A program made the position numbers and the translations under genes. Below, piece after piece: positions 28,147 to 38,081 of a stretch of DNA of 63,032 nucleotides. Every line of letters starts with the position of its first letter. Position 1 is the first letter of the stretch. The notes under the pieces are model-generated. The model had not been told where the DNA came from and searched no databases. It saw nothing but the letters and a program-made list of their open reading frames with translations. This stretch comes from a virus (taxonomy: Duplodnaviria > Caudoviricetes), in the IMG/VR virus record IMGVR_UViG_3300037246_001990, positions 1-63,032 of that record; one strand, given 5' to 3'.

Positions 28147-28338
28147 ATGACAAGAGATACACATCAACTTTTTTGGGAAGAGACAATTCAAGAAATATTA
28201 GGCAATCAAAATCCTTGTTTTATATGTTTAGTTAGAGTAACCTGCAGAAAATCTTTTTCAAACGGTTCAGCATGTCAAGAGCTTGCAGAAAAATTAACTA
28301 AAGCATTAGAGGAGTTAAAAAATGAAAATAAAACTTGA
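28147..28338 (+). CDS. Small Cys-cluster protein (PCxxCLxxxxC family)
   Basis: NPCFICLVRVTC...SAC. Confidence 0.6.
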   Translation: MTRDTHQLFWEETIQEILGNQNPCFICLVRVTCRKSFSNGSACQELAEKLTKALEELKNENKT

Positions 28339-28609
28339 TTTTATAACAAACAGTTCAAACGCAAGTTTTATGATTCCAAAATCATGTTTGACTAAAATAC
28401 AAATTGGATTAATATATAATCATATTGAAATAGGAATGCTAATAGCAAAGAATAAAAACCTTTCTATCTGGACAGATCCATGGGAAATAAGCGAAAATAA
28501 ACACATAATTGAAGGCGATACATCTATGGATAATTTTGATATGACATGGTTTCTTGAAGAGATTGGTGTTCCATCAGAGTGTATAAAAATGGCAGGATCA
28601 AATTACTGA
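28322..28609 (+). CDS. DFxTNSS-leader family protein 4
   Basis: N-terminus MKIKLDFITNSSNA. Confidence 0.75.
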   Translation: MKIKLDFITNSSNASFMIPKSCLTKIQIGLIYNHIEIGMLIAKNKNLSIWTDPWEISENKHIIEGDTSMDNFDMTWFLEEIGVPSECIKMAGSNY

Positions 28610-28627
28610 TACTAAAAAGGAGAAGTC

Positions 28628-28825
28628 ATGATAAGGAAGTTTAGTCAAAAAGCATTTACCTTGATTGAATTGATGATTGTTATTGTAATTATTGCTATTG
28701 CTATTGCAATTGGCCTTCCAAAATTCATGGAATACAATGAAAAGCACAATACAATCAAGAATGATAAACAACTCGAGGAAACGATTGATTTAAATAAAGA
28801 TCAAGATTCTGGGAGCAAACTATGA
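28628..28825 (+). CDS. Type IV prepilin-like peptide
   Basis: Basic leader then AFTLIELMIVIVIIAIAIAIGLP class III signal/N-methylation motif with Glu5; only 65 aa. Confidence 0.8.
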   Translation: MIRKFSQKAFTLIELMIVIVIIAIAIAIGLPKFMEYNEKHNTIKNDKQLEETIDLNKDQDSGSKL

Positions 28826-29844
28826 AATTTTTATTCACTGCAGACATACATTTATCAAGATACTCACAAGATAAAGTGGAGTCTGAAACTAATCTACCTG
28901 AGCGATTACATAGTATAAAACAAACTTTAATAAGCATGGCAGAATATTGCTGTAGTAATGATATAGATACATTCATTATCGGCGGAGACATCATGCATAG
29001 TAAGTCAATTATCTATTCAATCGCTCAGGAGGTTATGTTAGATTTCTTTGAAGATTATAGTCACCACAATCAGATAAACTTTACAGTTCTTGATGGCAAT
29101 CATGATTTATCAGGAAAGGGATCTGGAGCAATATCATCTTTAAGATCTCTTAACAGTATTGATAATGTAGACTGGGTTACTAAAAATCCAACGACCACTT
29201 CTAATATAATATCTATTCCTTATTCATATGATGTTGTTAATCAAGTAAAACAAAACAGCAGAAAAATCCTCATTTCACATTTCGGTCTTAATGAAGGAAT
29301 GTTAAATTCAGGCATTAGCATTCAATCAGATATTTCATTAAATGATCTGATTGGAAGATATGAATTAGTATTGCTGGGTCATTATCATAAACCTCAAGAG
29401 ATCATAACAGATCAAATCAAACTCTACTATGTAGGATCTCCAATTCAATTAGACTGGGGAGAAAAGGGAGATGAAAAAAGATTTCTAGTTATAGATACAG
29501 ATACTTTAGATGTTCAGAGTATTCCAACTCAAGGATATAAGAAGCATATTGAATTGGAAATAAACAATTCAAATAAAGCTCAAATTCTTGATGAAGCTGA
29601 ACAACAAAAACAATCAGGAAATTATGTAAAACTTATAAAAACTGAATCTGTCGAAATAGAATCAGATCAATTTTCAGTTATAGACAAAACCGATAAAGAT
29701 ATAACAAATCGGGGAATAACTTCTTCTATGTCAGAAGCAGACAAACTCAAACGATTTATGGAAATAAAAGAGATACCTTCTTCTAAAACTGAAAGATATT
29801 TAAAAGCTGGTCTTGAAATTATAGACAGTTGTGAGGGGGAATAA
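28822..29844 (+). CDS. SbcD/Mre11-like metallophosphoesterase nuclease
   Basis: ADIHL, GGDIMH, GNHD, SHFG, LGHYHK, YVGSP. Confidence 0.9.
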   Translation: MKFLFTADIHLSRYSQDKVESETNLPERLHSIKQTLISMAEYCCSNDIDTFIIGGDIMHSKSIIYSIAQEVMLDFFEDYSHHNQINFTVLDGNHDLSGKGSGAISSLRSLNSIDNVDWVTKNPTTTSNIISIPYSYDVVNQVKQNSRKILISHFGLNEGMLNSGISIQSDISLNDLIGRYELVLLGHYHKPQEIITDQIKLYYVGSPIQLDWGEKGDEKRFLVIDTDTLDVQSIPTQGYKKHIELEINNSNKAQILDEAEQQKQSGNYVKLIKTESVEIESDQFSVIDKTDKDITNRGITSSMSEADKLKRFMEIKEIPSSKTERYLKAGLEIIDSCEGE

Positions 29845-30161
29845 TGGCAGCAGGAAGTCCTGGACACACAACAAAAACCAAGAAAAAAGTTGAAGTAGGC
29901 ACGAGCAAATTAGTTTTAGTTATTGTTGAGATGTATGCATCTGAAGATTCAAAAATGAAGAATGTGGCTATATATTTAGTGGGATGTATAATTGAATCAT
30001 ATAACGATAAAGCTGAAATGGTAGAAGATATATTAGGAACCTATGTAAGTAAAACCGAACTGCTTGATAGTATGAGAGTAAATATGAAAAGAATATATCC
30101 TGAAGCTTCTAAAATTTTATCTGAAGTATTTGGTATATTTCTATTTGGAGAAAAGTTATGA
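29844..30161 (+). CDS. Hypothetical protein
   Basis: ORF coupled between sbcD- and sbcC-like genes. Confidence 0.55.
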   Translation: MAAGSPGHTTKTKKKVEVGTSKLVLVIVEMYASEDSKMKNVAIYLVGCIIESYNDKAEMVEDILGTYVSKTELLDSMRVNMKRIYPEASKILSEVFGIFLFGEKL

Positions 30162-32344
30162 GAGAAATAAATTTTGTAGAAGTTGGAATGGAAAACTTCG
30201 GTCCTTATATTGATAGAATGATTCTTATGTTCCAAAACAATGCATTAACTTTATTAACAGGACCAAATGGAATTGGAAAAACAATGGCGTTAGATGCTCT
30301 TCCTTTTACACTATTTGGTTCTACAAGTAAGGGGGCGAGGGGCGATGATGTTGTTAATAATGTAGTAGGACGCAATTGTTATACCTGGGTCCAATTCTAT
30401 GTAGATAAAGATAGCTATTTAGTAGAACGGTATCATAAATATACAAAATTGGGAAATACAGTCACGATCTCAAAAAATGGAAAAGAGCCATATAAGAAGG
30501 GACAGAAAGAAGTTCTTCCAGAGGTTGAAAAGTTATTGTGTCCGAAGAAATCATTTATGAATACTTTAATGTTTGGTCAAAAGATAAAAGACTTTTTCAC
30601 TGATTTAGTTGACTCTGATAAGAAAGAAATATTTCGAAAGATTTTGAATTTGGATCGGTATCAACTATTTTATGATAGAACAAAAGAAATTCTTTCTGAG
30701 TTAAAAGAATCTATTATAGATTTATCAAATAGAATAATAATTGCTGAAAGGTTACGTGTTGATGCAGATGAACAATTAAAAATTCTCAATAAGAAGAAAA
30801 AAGATTTTTATATAGAGCGAGATGATAATATAAAACATCTTGAACAGGCAATTAAGTCTAACAAGAGGATGTTAGATAACTGGGAAGATCAGCTTTTAAA
30901 GTTAAAAGAAAATCAACAAGATTGGAAAGATCTTGAAAATAAACTTTTAGAATTTGAAGCTGAAGAAGAAAAAATTGATGCATCAATTAAATCTGAGAAA
31001 GAAAAACTTGAGAATCAGAAACAGTTAAAGATAACACAATTAATGGCTGATGGTGGAAAAGCAATTAGTGAAATTAATGATCACGCCCACATCAGAACAC
31101 AAGAAAGAAAAGATTACTCCATGAAATTAATTGAAAATATTGGAGATCAAGTTCAAAAACTTTTAGAGGATAAAAACAAAATTGATATTGATATAAATAA
31201 GCATTTGGACTATATACATAATTCCCAAATACAAGCTGATGAGTTAAAAGTAGGACTTCAAGGTTCAACTTGTCCAACATGTTTGCAAGATATTACTAAA
31301 CAATGTGAAACTACTTTAAAAAATAAGATCAAACAATTTAATGATGGCGCGTTTGAGGAACAACAATTAATTGACACAAAACTTAAACCTACAAGAAAGA
31401 AAATTTTAGCTGAAGTTGAAACGCTTTCCGATAAGAAAATTAAAGCAAAAGAAATTATGGAACTAGATGTTAAAGATATTGAATTTATTTGCATACAAGA
31501 TAAGCAAAATGCAGATCAAAAATTAAATAGTGCATTAAATAAAGTCGATAAATTATCAGAAATAATGTTCCTTAAGATTAAAGAAAATCATCAAAATAAA
31601 CTCAAACCGATCTATACAGAACGAGACCAAATAATGAAAAAGGCAAGAGAACATAGATCCTTAGATAAAGATATTGACGAGATGCAAATGACAATAACAA
31701 CTATCGAAAGAACTAATCTTCAAAAGCTTCTTGATCTCAAAGCAAAAGAATCACTTGAATTTGATGATACTCAAATATTTTCTTACGAAAAGAAGAAACG
31801 ACTTTTAATAATTGAAGTTGAAAATTTATTTAACGAGACTGAAACTAAAAGAGATGATGTAGAAATATTTGAATTTTGGAAGTTGGCATTTTCTTCGAGC
31901 GGTATCCCTTCTATGTTGATAGATGAAGCAGTACCGTTTATGAATAAAAAGGTTTCAGAATATCTTGACAAACTAACAAATGGTCGATATATAGTTTCAT
32001 TTGATACATTGGCGGAAACTAAGAAAGGGGAGTTCAGGGATAAAATCTCAGTGAATGTTCTTGATACACATACAAGAGCATCATCACGAATACAATTATC
32101 AGGAGGTCAAACTCGTATAATTGATATAGCAACAATCTTGACACTCGGAGATCTTCAATCAAATATTCAAGATGTTAAATTTAATATTTTATTATTTGAT
32201 GAAATCTTTGATAGTTTAGATGAAGAAAATATCGGGTTTGTCTCAAAAGTCCTATCAAATATGAAAGTTGGAAAATCAATTTACTTAATTTCTCATAGGC
32301 ACGAAGATCAATTAGAAGCAGATGAAGTCCTGACATTAAACTAA
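30158..32344 (+). CDS. SbcC/Rad50-like ABC ATPase
   Basis: GPNGIGKT, coiled coil with CPTC zinc hook, LSGGQ, LLFDEIFDSLD, LISH. Confidence 0.92.
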   Translation: MREINFVEVGMENFGPYIDRMILMFQNNALTLLTGPNGIGKTMALDALPFTLFGSTSKGARGDDVVNNVVGRNCYTWVQFYVDKDSYLVERYHKYTKLGNTVTISKNGKEPYKKGQKEVLPEVEKLLCPKKSFMNTLMFGQKIKDFFTDLVDSDKKEIFRKILNLDRYQLFYDRTKEILSELKESIIDLSNRIIIAERLRVDADEQLKILNKKKKDFYIERDDNIKHLEQAIKSNKRMLDNWEDQLLKLKENQQDWKDLENKLLEFEAEEEKIDASIKSEKEKLENQKQLKITQLMADGGKAISEINDHAHIRTQERKDYSMKLIENIGDQVQKLLEDKNKIDIDINKHLDYIHNSQIQADELKVGLQGSTCPTCLQDITKQCETTLKNKIKQFNDGAFEEQQLIDTKLKPTRKKILAEVETLSDKKIKAKEIMELDVKDIEFICIQDKQNADQKLNSALNKVDKLSEIMFLKIKENHQNKLKPIYTERDQIMKKAREHRSLDKDIDEMQMTITTIERTNLQKLLDLKAKESLEFDDTQIFSYEKKKRLLIIEVENLFNETETKRDDVEIFEFWKLAFSSSGIPSMLIDEAVPFMNKKVSEYLDKLTNGRYIVSFDTLAETKKGEFRDKISVNVLDTHTRASSRIQLSGGQTRIIDIATILTLGDLQSNIQDVKFNILLFDEIFDSLDEENIGFVSKVLSNMKVGKSIYLISHRHEDQLEADEVLTLN

Positions 32345-32715
32345 TGAAAATAAAACTTGATTTTGTAACCAATAGTTCATCCTGTTGTTATGTTATATCA
32401 TCACCCAAACCAATGAAAACATCTGATTTTGTTAGTATATCAGGAGGTAGCTTTAATGAATTTCAGTCTCTTTCCACTATAGAAGAGTTAATTAAATACA
32501 CTGATTCTGAACCATGCGACTGGGTAAAGAAAGCTACAGGACCGAGAAGATTTTGGGGATGTCAACCAAGAGAATATGAGAAATATAAAGCTATAATCGA
32601 ATCAGGAAATTCTGTGATAATAGCTCATGTTGAAAGAAATTTTGAGGATGTAGAAGTATTTGATATAGCTTTATCAAAGATGAACTGTGAAGTATTAGAA
32701 AGGGAATATGATTAA
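32344..32715 (+). CDS. DFxTNSS-leader family protein 5
   Basis: N-terminus MKIKLDFVTNSSSC; DWVKKATGP similar to protein 6. Confidence 0.75.
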   Translation: MKIKLDFVTNSSSCCYVISSPKPMKTSDFVSISGGSFNEFQSLSTIEELIKYTDSEPCDWVKKATGPRRFWGCQPREYEKYKAIIESGNSVIIAHVERNFEDVEVFDIALSKMNCEVLEREYD

Positions 32716-33092
32716 TGAAAATAAAACTTGATTTTGTAACAAACAGCTCGTCTTCATGTTTTCTTATGGCAGTTCCAAAACACCTTGAAACGGATTTAGA
32801 AAATTACGTAACCGAACTCGCCAAAGATCCAGATTCAATAAACGAGGGAGTTCAACTATATAAAGTTGCATACACATTAAAAGAGCTTGACACCTTTACA
32901 AATGACGGTCCTCTTGATTGGGCGTCTAAACCAGGAGGACCCCAATTTAATAATTTATCAGAAGAGTCATATAATAGTTCAAAAGAGGCAATTGAAAGTA
33001 GTCATATAATCGTTGATGTATCTGTAGATTATAATGTATGCAAAAAATTTGTGGATTCATGGAAAGGATATATAATAAGGGAAGAGGGATGA
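32715..33092 (+). CDS. DFxTNSS-leader family protein 6
   Basis: N-terminus MKIKLDFVTNSSSS; DWASKPGGP. Confidence 0.75.
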   Translation: MKIKLDFVTNSSSSCFLMAVPKHLETDLENYVTELAKDPDSINEGVQLYKVAYTLKELDTFTNDGPLDWASKPGGPQFNNLSEESYNSSKEAIESSHIIVDVSVDYNVCKKFVDSWKGYIIREEG

Positions 33093-33748
33093 AAATAAAA
33101 ACAGACTTTGTAACAAATAGTTCAAGTACATGTTATGTATTAACAGCAATTATAACAGCTCATCTTCCGTGTCTTTCAAAAGGATTTGAAATATTAAATA
33201 AATTTTATCCTCATCAAGGTTTTCTATATAAAGATTATGCAAATATAGTGGTAAAAGTAGATCCGGAAGATGCTTATGAAGAAACTAAACCATTGCACAA
33301 TACAAATTTAACTATGATCAATTCAACTAAATACAATGAAGAAGATGATACTGAAAAAGAGATTACTTATTTTCAATTAATGATTGATCTATATAATCCT
33401 TATTGGAATGATATGGAACTTGTGGTCAAAGAATTTTTAGAAAATCTTTTCTTTAAACAATTAAAACAAAAAATACCTGCATCACAATTAATGTATTTTT
33501 CTTTTCCATCTAGCATACATGGAGATGGTTGGGATGGTGGAGATCCAGGAGGTCCAGAACACGATATAGTATATAAACATGATTTATTCAAAGCAAAAAC
33601 AAAGATGGGTATACTAACCATAATGGATTCATCAATCATTCCGGAAGTGAGATCAATAGAACAACCACTCAATTTAAATGAAATTCTGTTAGATAATATT
33701 AATCAACAGGGGTTACGTTTGGAGGAACATAATGATAAGAATAGTTAA
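33089..33748 (+). CDS. DFxTNSS-leader family protein 7
   Basis: N-terminus MKIKTDFVTNSSST at ATG 33089 (ATGA overlap); GDGWDGGDPGGP motif. Confidence 0.75.
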   Translation: MKIKTDFVTNSSSTCYVLTAIITAHLPCLSKGFEILNKFYPHQGFLYKDYANIVVKVDPEDAYEETKPLHNTNLTMINSTKYNEEDDTEKEITYFQLMIDLYNPYWNDMELVVKEFLENLFFKQLKQKIPASQLMYFSFPSSIHGDGWDGGDPGGPEHDIVYKHDLFKAKTKMGILTIMDSSIIPEVRSIEQPLNLNEILLDNINQQGLRLEEHNDKNS

Positions 33749-34763
33749 TTGGTTATTGACAAGAAAATGTAACCTTGATTGTGGTTACTGTGCAATTGTA
33801 AAAGACTATCATGGAAAACCAGATGAATACCCAGATATGAGTGATTATCATCAAAATGAACTGGGTCTTAACGATATAGTCAATTCTCTGACAAGATTTC
33901 ATAAACATAATCCTGATTGCTTTCATATATTTTATGGAGGCGAACCAATGTTAAGAAAAGACATTGCTCAGATTATACAGTATTGTCATACACACTCTAT
34001 TCATTACACAATAATCTCAAACAATACAATAGAAGTTCAACCCTTGGTCAAGAAATTAATCAAGCAAGTTGGAAAGCTTGAAGGATATACAGCTTCGATT
34101 GACCCAATCTTGGTAGAATCAAATCCTAGTTTAACAGACAGACTAAAAAAGACAAAACAGGGATTTGAATTTTTATTAGAAATGAGACAACATTGTAATG
34201 ATGTTGTTGCTGAAGTAACTGTTATGAGAGAAGATCAACATCTTATACATAAGTTAGTTAAACATCTAAGCGATTTTGGAATCAATAGCGATATAACATT
34301 TGTTGATATTGCTAAAACTGAGTATTATGATTTTTCAAATGTTAAATCTAGGTCAACTCTAATTCGAAAAACACCTGATCTAGCATATCAGTTAATGAAT
34401 ATTTTAACTAATGATGATGTAGATATTCATATGAAAAATTATTTGATTCCTGCAATATACAAAATTTTACCTTCAGAGATGGATTGTGAAATTGAAAAAT
34501 CTCTTCATAATGTAACAATTGATGCTGATGGTTCAGTGAGATTGTGCCTCAGAATCCGAGGAGTCAATGCGCCCAATCTTATTAATGTGACAGATCTTGT
34601 TTCTTGTGATGGATATATAAATCCACTTGCTCATAAACTTATAATCAAAGATAAAATGGAGTACTGCAAATTATGTAATCATACTTGTCAACTGATGAGT
34701 AAGATAATAGACGATAAAAATCTAGGTCCAGATGATTTAGTTCACCTAGATCGGAGGAAATAA
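33732..34763 (+). CDS. Radical SAM enzyme with C-terminal Cys cluster (SPASM/twitch-like)
   Basis: CNLDCGYC CxxxCxxC, YGGEP, IDADGSVRLC, CKLCNHTC. Confidence 0.88.
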   Translation: MIRIVNWLLTRKCNLDCGYCAIVKDYHGKPDEYPDMSDYHQNELGLNDIVNSLTRFHKHNPDCFHIFYGGEPMLRKDIAQIIQYCHTHSIHYTIISNNTIEVQPLVKKLIKQVGKLEGYTASIDPILVESNPSLTDRLKKTKQGFEFLLEMRQHCNDVVAEVTVMREDQHLIHKLVKHLSDFGINSDITFVDIAKTEYYDFSNVKSRSTLIRKTPDLAYQLMNILTNDDVDIHMKNYLIPAIYKILPSEMDCEIEKSLHNVTIDADGSVRLCLRIRGVNAPNLINVTDLVSCDGYINPLAHKLIIKDKMEYCKLCNHTCQLMSKIIDDKNLGPDDLVHLDRRK

Positions 34764-34764
34764 A

Positions 34765-35136
34765 ATGCCTGAAGATGTAAGCACTAATATATTAACCAGT
34801 GCCATTGAATTTTGGCACAAGATCAATACCGAAAAGGAGGTAGTAGTTAAATTCACAAAGCTGGACGGAACAATTAGAATTATGAGATGTACTTTGGATT
34901 TCACAAAAGTTCCTAAGGAAGATCGTCCAAAGAAAGTTGATATTCCAAAAATCTTAAAACTGTTACAAGATAATGGAATAATGCATGTTTATGATCTAGA
35001 CAAAAAAGGTTGGAGATCAGTTCCTTTTCAAAGAGTTGATTATCTAAGAACTAGAGGAAACGTTCAATATAAAGTCCAGCCAATGAAACGAACAGGAGTT
35101 GATGAGAATGTCTATTCTAAGAGATTTAATAAGTAA
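34765..35136 (+). CDS. WYL-like/SH3-fold phage protein
   Basis: FTKLDGTIRIMRCTL...VYDLDKKGWRS. Confidence 0.7.
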   Translation: MPEDVSTNILTSAIEFWHKINTEKEVVVKFTKLDGTIRIMRCTLDFTKVPKEDRPKKVDIPKILKLLQDNGIMHVYDLDKKGWRSVPFQRVDYLRTRGNVQYKVQPMKRTGVDENVYSKRFNK

Positions 35137-35500
35137 TATGAAAACAGATGACTTAGTTGAACAGATTAGAATACTTTGTGATCAAATTCTTGAACAAGAG
35201 TCTGAAGATATGAAGTATATAGATCAAAGACCCCAAGGAGCAAACATATTTCTTTCCCTTCAGATCCCAGGTTCAACTAAAAAAGATATTGGTTTTCTAG
35301 CACTTGAAAGAGATAATGAGGATTTATGGTTAGCATCATTTTGGTCAATTTCAGAGACACAACTTATGGAAACATTAAATACAGATGGAACAATAAGCTC
35401 GTCTCCAAGAAAGAAAAAAGTACATGAAATAAAAGATCATAGACCGGAAAAAATATTAACCGAGTATGCGAAACTTTTTAAATTTTATCACGGAGAATAA
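35099..35500 (+). CDS. Hypothetical protein
   Basis: ORF in operon; start may be at 35102 or 35108. Confidence 0.6.
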   Translation: MMRMSILRDLISNMKTDDLVEQIRILCDQILEQESEDMKYIDQRPQGANIFLSLQIPGSTKKDIGFLALERDNEDLWLASFWSISETQLMETLNTDGTISSSPRKKKVHEIKDHRPEKILTEYAKLFKFYHGE

Positions 35501-35501
35501 T

Positions 35502-38081
35502 ATGGAACAACTTGAAGAAATTCGAATTAATAGCAAATATACGTCTAGACTGATAGCAGAATATCAAAGTTCAATGGAAAAAGAAAAAGAGTCAAAACCT
35601 ACAATACGTCGAAGTATTATGAGAACGAATCAATACATCGAAAAATTCGCCAGGCAATTCAATTCAGCAGTTAATGATAATTCATTAATTCCCCCTAATT
35701 GTAGGTTTATAAAATCATATCCAAATGATAGAAGCATAGTAATTGTTGAAGAAGCACCTGCTATGAGAAGTATAAGAGTAAAAATGGATATGACTAGAGA
35801 TCGTGAAGCTCTAAGAGGAAAGAATCAATGGAAAGAATTTGGTTATGAAAATTTCTTTGAAGAAAATAAATCGCCATATACATTCATGCTGGCGATCCCA
35901 TATGTAATTCATGTTTTAGAATTTGCTGGAACTGCTTTTTCTAGTGGGTTACTGTATTTTAGACCAAAACCATTGTTAGGAATGTCTGATATTCTTTATA
36001 GACCTCCTTTACTCAATATAAGTAATGGTATGTCAGTATGTTATGGAAATTCAGTTTACGAAGGACCTAAAACAAGTATATCATCAGAGATAGATCATGT
36101 TTTAAGAGTATTTTGGTCTTCTGTTTTTAATCCAGACTATATAGATAACTATTATAGATATTCTGAAGTTGCTGGTCTTTGCGATTACTTCACTTGGCAA
36201 TATTATTCACAAACTAATCCAATGTTTATTTATACTGCTGATTGGATTGCATCGAAGAAAACAATAAACAGAGTTATTGAATATGCGGACGAAAAAAATT
36301 CACATGTGAGTCAAGAATTAGGATATAAGAATTTATCGAAACTATTCAATAAACCACAAGTAAGTTCAAAAACACTACCCATTGGAAAACTAAAAATATT
36401 GAGGAATCTAGTTTATGATGTTTGTAATGGATGGGCTCCTGAACTTGACTTGCCAGTCTACATTGGAGATCCTATAAAATATACCAAGGATCGGATTGCA
36501 TTTGTAGATTGCTTTATTGGAATTGCTGGTCGTAATGACCCTACACATGTTCGTATTAAAGCTGATGATAAACTTATAACATTTAAAATTACACAAAAGG
36601 TGAAAGAATTTTTAGCTAAAAAAATTAAAGAAGTTCGCCATGAATCGTTTATAGAACTTCCGGACAAAACCTTGCTTAAAAGTGGCGATATCATAACCAT
36701 GAAAAATAATTTTGGAGTTGATATCTATAAAAAATTACATTACATCAGAAAAGCAGTTGATGATAAGATTGAAATTAGAATAGGTTCAGAGTATTGGTTT
36801 TTTGATGCCGTAGATTGGTCAAAGATTTCAAAAATTGATGTATCAAAACCTATAGTTGATGGAATTGAAATTGTTAAAGATGTATATTATAAATACTTTA
36901 TTTCAGCTTATTATCCACCCGCACCAATATCAAATGCCTTTAGGGACGTAAAATATTATGAATTATCAACTGGAAATAGCAATAATCTCGTTGTTAAATT
37001 ACGTACAAACGACGGTGAGTCTTATGACTTTTCTTTAAATAAGCGTGTAGATAGAACCAAAAAATTATACGATATTTCTAAAATGGAAGATGTTCCAGAG
37101 GTATTTTTCATAGGCAGAAGTATAATATCTTATACCGATGAACGAAGAAATCCAATAAGCATCAAAAGAGATAAAGAATTTGGGTTGATTGCATCTTCTA
37201 GAGATATTAGAATTTCAAAAACATCATTCCATGATATATGTAAACATTTTCTTAATAAAGAAAAAACCAGTTTTCACGCTGAAAGTAATAATCTTATTAT
37301 TGACTTCTCAATTGATGATAAAGTTATCGTTTCAAATTGGGAAGACCCTCTCAGTATGCTTTCCATAAAAACAATCAAAGGGTTTATCTTAAATAATGAT
37401 GCCAGAACAATCAATTTCTTACTTGAAGATAAACATGGAAACGCTTCATCTGTTTTATATGTACATGGAGACGATTGTATTATAAATGTAGGAAAGATTC
37501 GTAAAGTTACAAATGTATTAAATGATGTTATGATAGGTACAAAAATAATTGCTAAAGAATCTGGAATATCATGCTTCCCGAAAAAAGATGTTAATATTAT
37601 AGTTGCCTTTATTATCGATACAGAAGGTGAACCATTAGTGTTATGTTCAAATGGTTGCACTCTGTGGTTTAGCGATTTAATGGAAAAGTTTCAATTAATT
37701 AAAATAAAATCACCAAAATGGAAAAAGTTGACTCATGCATCTCTAGATCCTTCAAAGATCAAACTTCAAACCGGTGATGTTGTAAATTCAGTAGGAAGAT
37801 ATTCTAGCAATCGTGGTTTCTTAGTAACCAAAAATAGTGGTAGTGGTGGTTTAAAATTTGCTAGACTTGATTACTATCATGATTATGATGAATATGTTGA
37901 AGCAGGTCCAATGTTTATAAATAAGTTAATTCTTGATTGTATTCCAAATCCAAGAATGACAACACCAAAACAAAAACTAAAAGGATTCGTTTCGGGATTT
38001 CCAACTTTTCATGGAGGTGTTTCCTTTACCGAATCAAATTATTCCCACTATAAATTTATAGATGAAACCCGGAGGTTTTAA
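35502..38081 (+). CDS. Large protein with N-terminal prokaryotic E2-like (Prok-E2 family D-like) domain
   Basis: LAIPYVI...LYRPPLLNISNGMSVCYG...FWSSVFN pattern with candidate catalytic Cys; adjacent to JAB and E1 genes. Confidence 0.6.
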   Translation: MEQLEEIRINSKYTSRLIAEYQSSMEKEKESKPTIRRSIMRTNQYIEKFARQFNSAVNDNSLIPPNCRFIKSYPNDRSIVIVEEAPAMRSIRVKMDMTRDREALRGKNQWKEFGYENFFEENKSPYTFMLAIPYVIHVLEFAGTAFSSGLLYFRPKPLLGMSDILYRPPLLNISNGMSVCYGNSVYEGPKTSISSEIDHVLRVFWSSVFNPDYIDNYYRYSEVAGLCDYFTWQYYSQTNPMFIYTADWIASKKTINRVIEYADEKNSHVSQELGYKNLSKLFNKPQVSSKTLPIGKLKILRNLVYDVCNGWAPELDLPVYIGDPIKYTKDRIAFVDCFIGIAGRNDPTHVRIKADDKLITFKITQKVKEFLAKKIKEVRHESFIELPDKTLLKSGDIITMKNNFGVDIYKKLHYIRKAVDDKIEIRIGSEYWFFDAVDWSKISKIDVSKPIVDGIEIVKDVYYKYFISAYYPPAPISNAFRDVKYYELSTGNSNNLVVKLRTNDGESYDFSLNKRVDRTKKLYDISKMEDVPEVFFIGRSIISYTDERRNPISIKRDKEFGLIASSRDIRISKTSFHDICKHFLNKEKTSFHAESNNLIIDFSIDDKVIVSNWEDPLSMLSIKTIKGFILNNDARTINFLLEDKHGNASSVLYVHGDDCIINVGKIRKVTNVLNDVMIGTKIIAKESGISCFPKKDVNIIVAFIIDTEGEPLVLCSNGCTLWFSDLMEKFQLIKIKSPKWKKLTHASLDPSKIKLQTGDVVNSVGRYSSNRGFLVTKNSGSGGLKFARLDYYHDYDEYVEAGPMFINKLILDCIPNPRMTTPKQKLKGFVSGFPTFHGGVSFTESNYSHYKFIDETRRF

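Noticed and set aside
27057-33130. DNA repeat, DGR or recombination-cassette explanation for ATGAAAATAAAACTTGATTTT repeats
   Set aside because: Variation is mostly synonymous and not adenine-specific, and no reverse transcriptase or recombinase is present; better explained by a protein motif, though a DNA-level role is not fully excluded
33732-34763. Radical SAM gene as queE
   Set aside because: Longer than typical QueE, lacks the GCNLRCxWCDT-type context, has extra C-terminal Cys clusters and is not adjacent to queD
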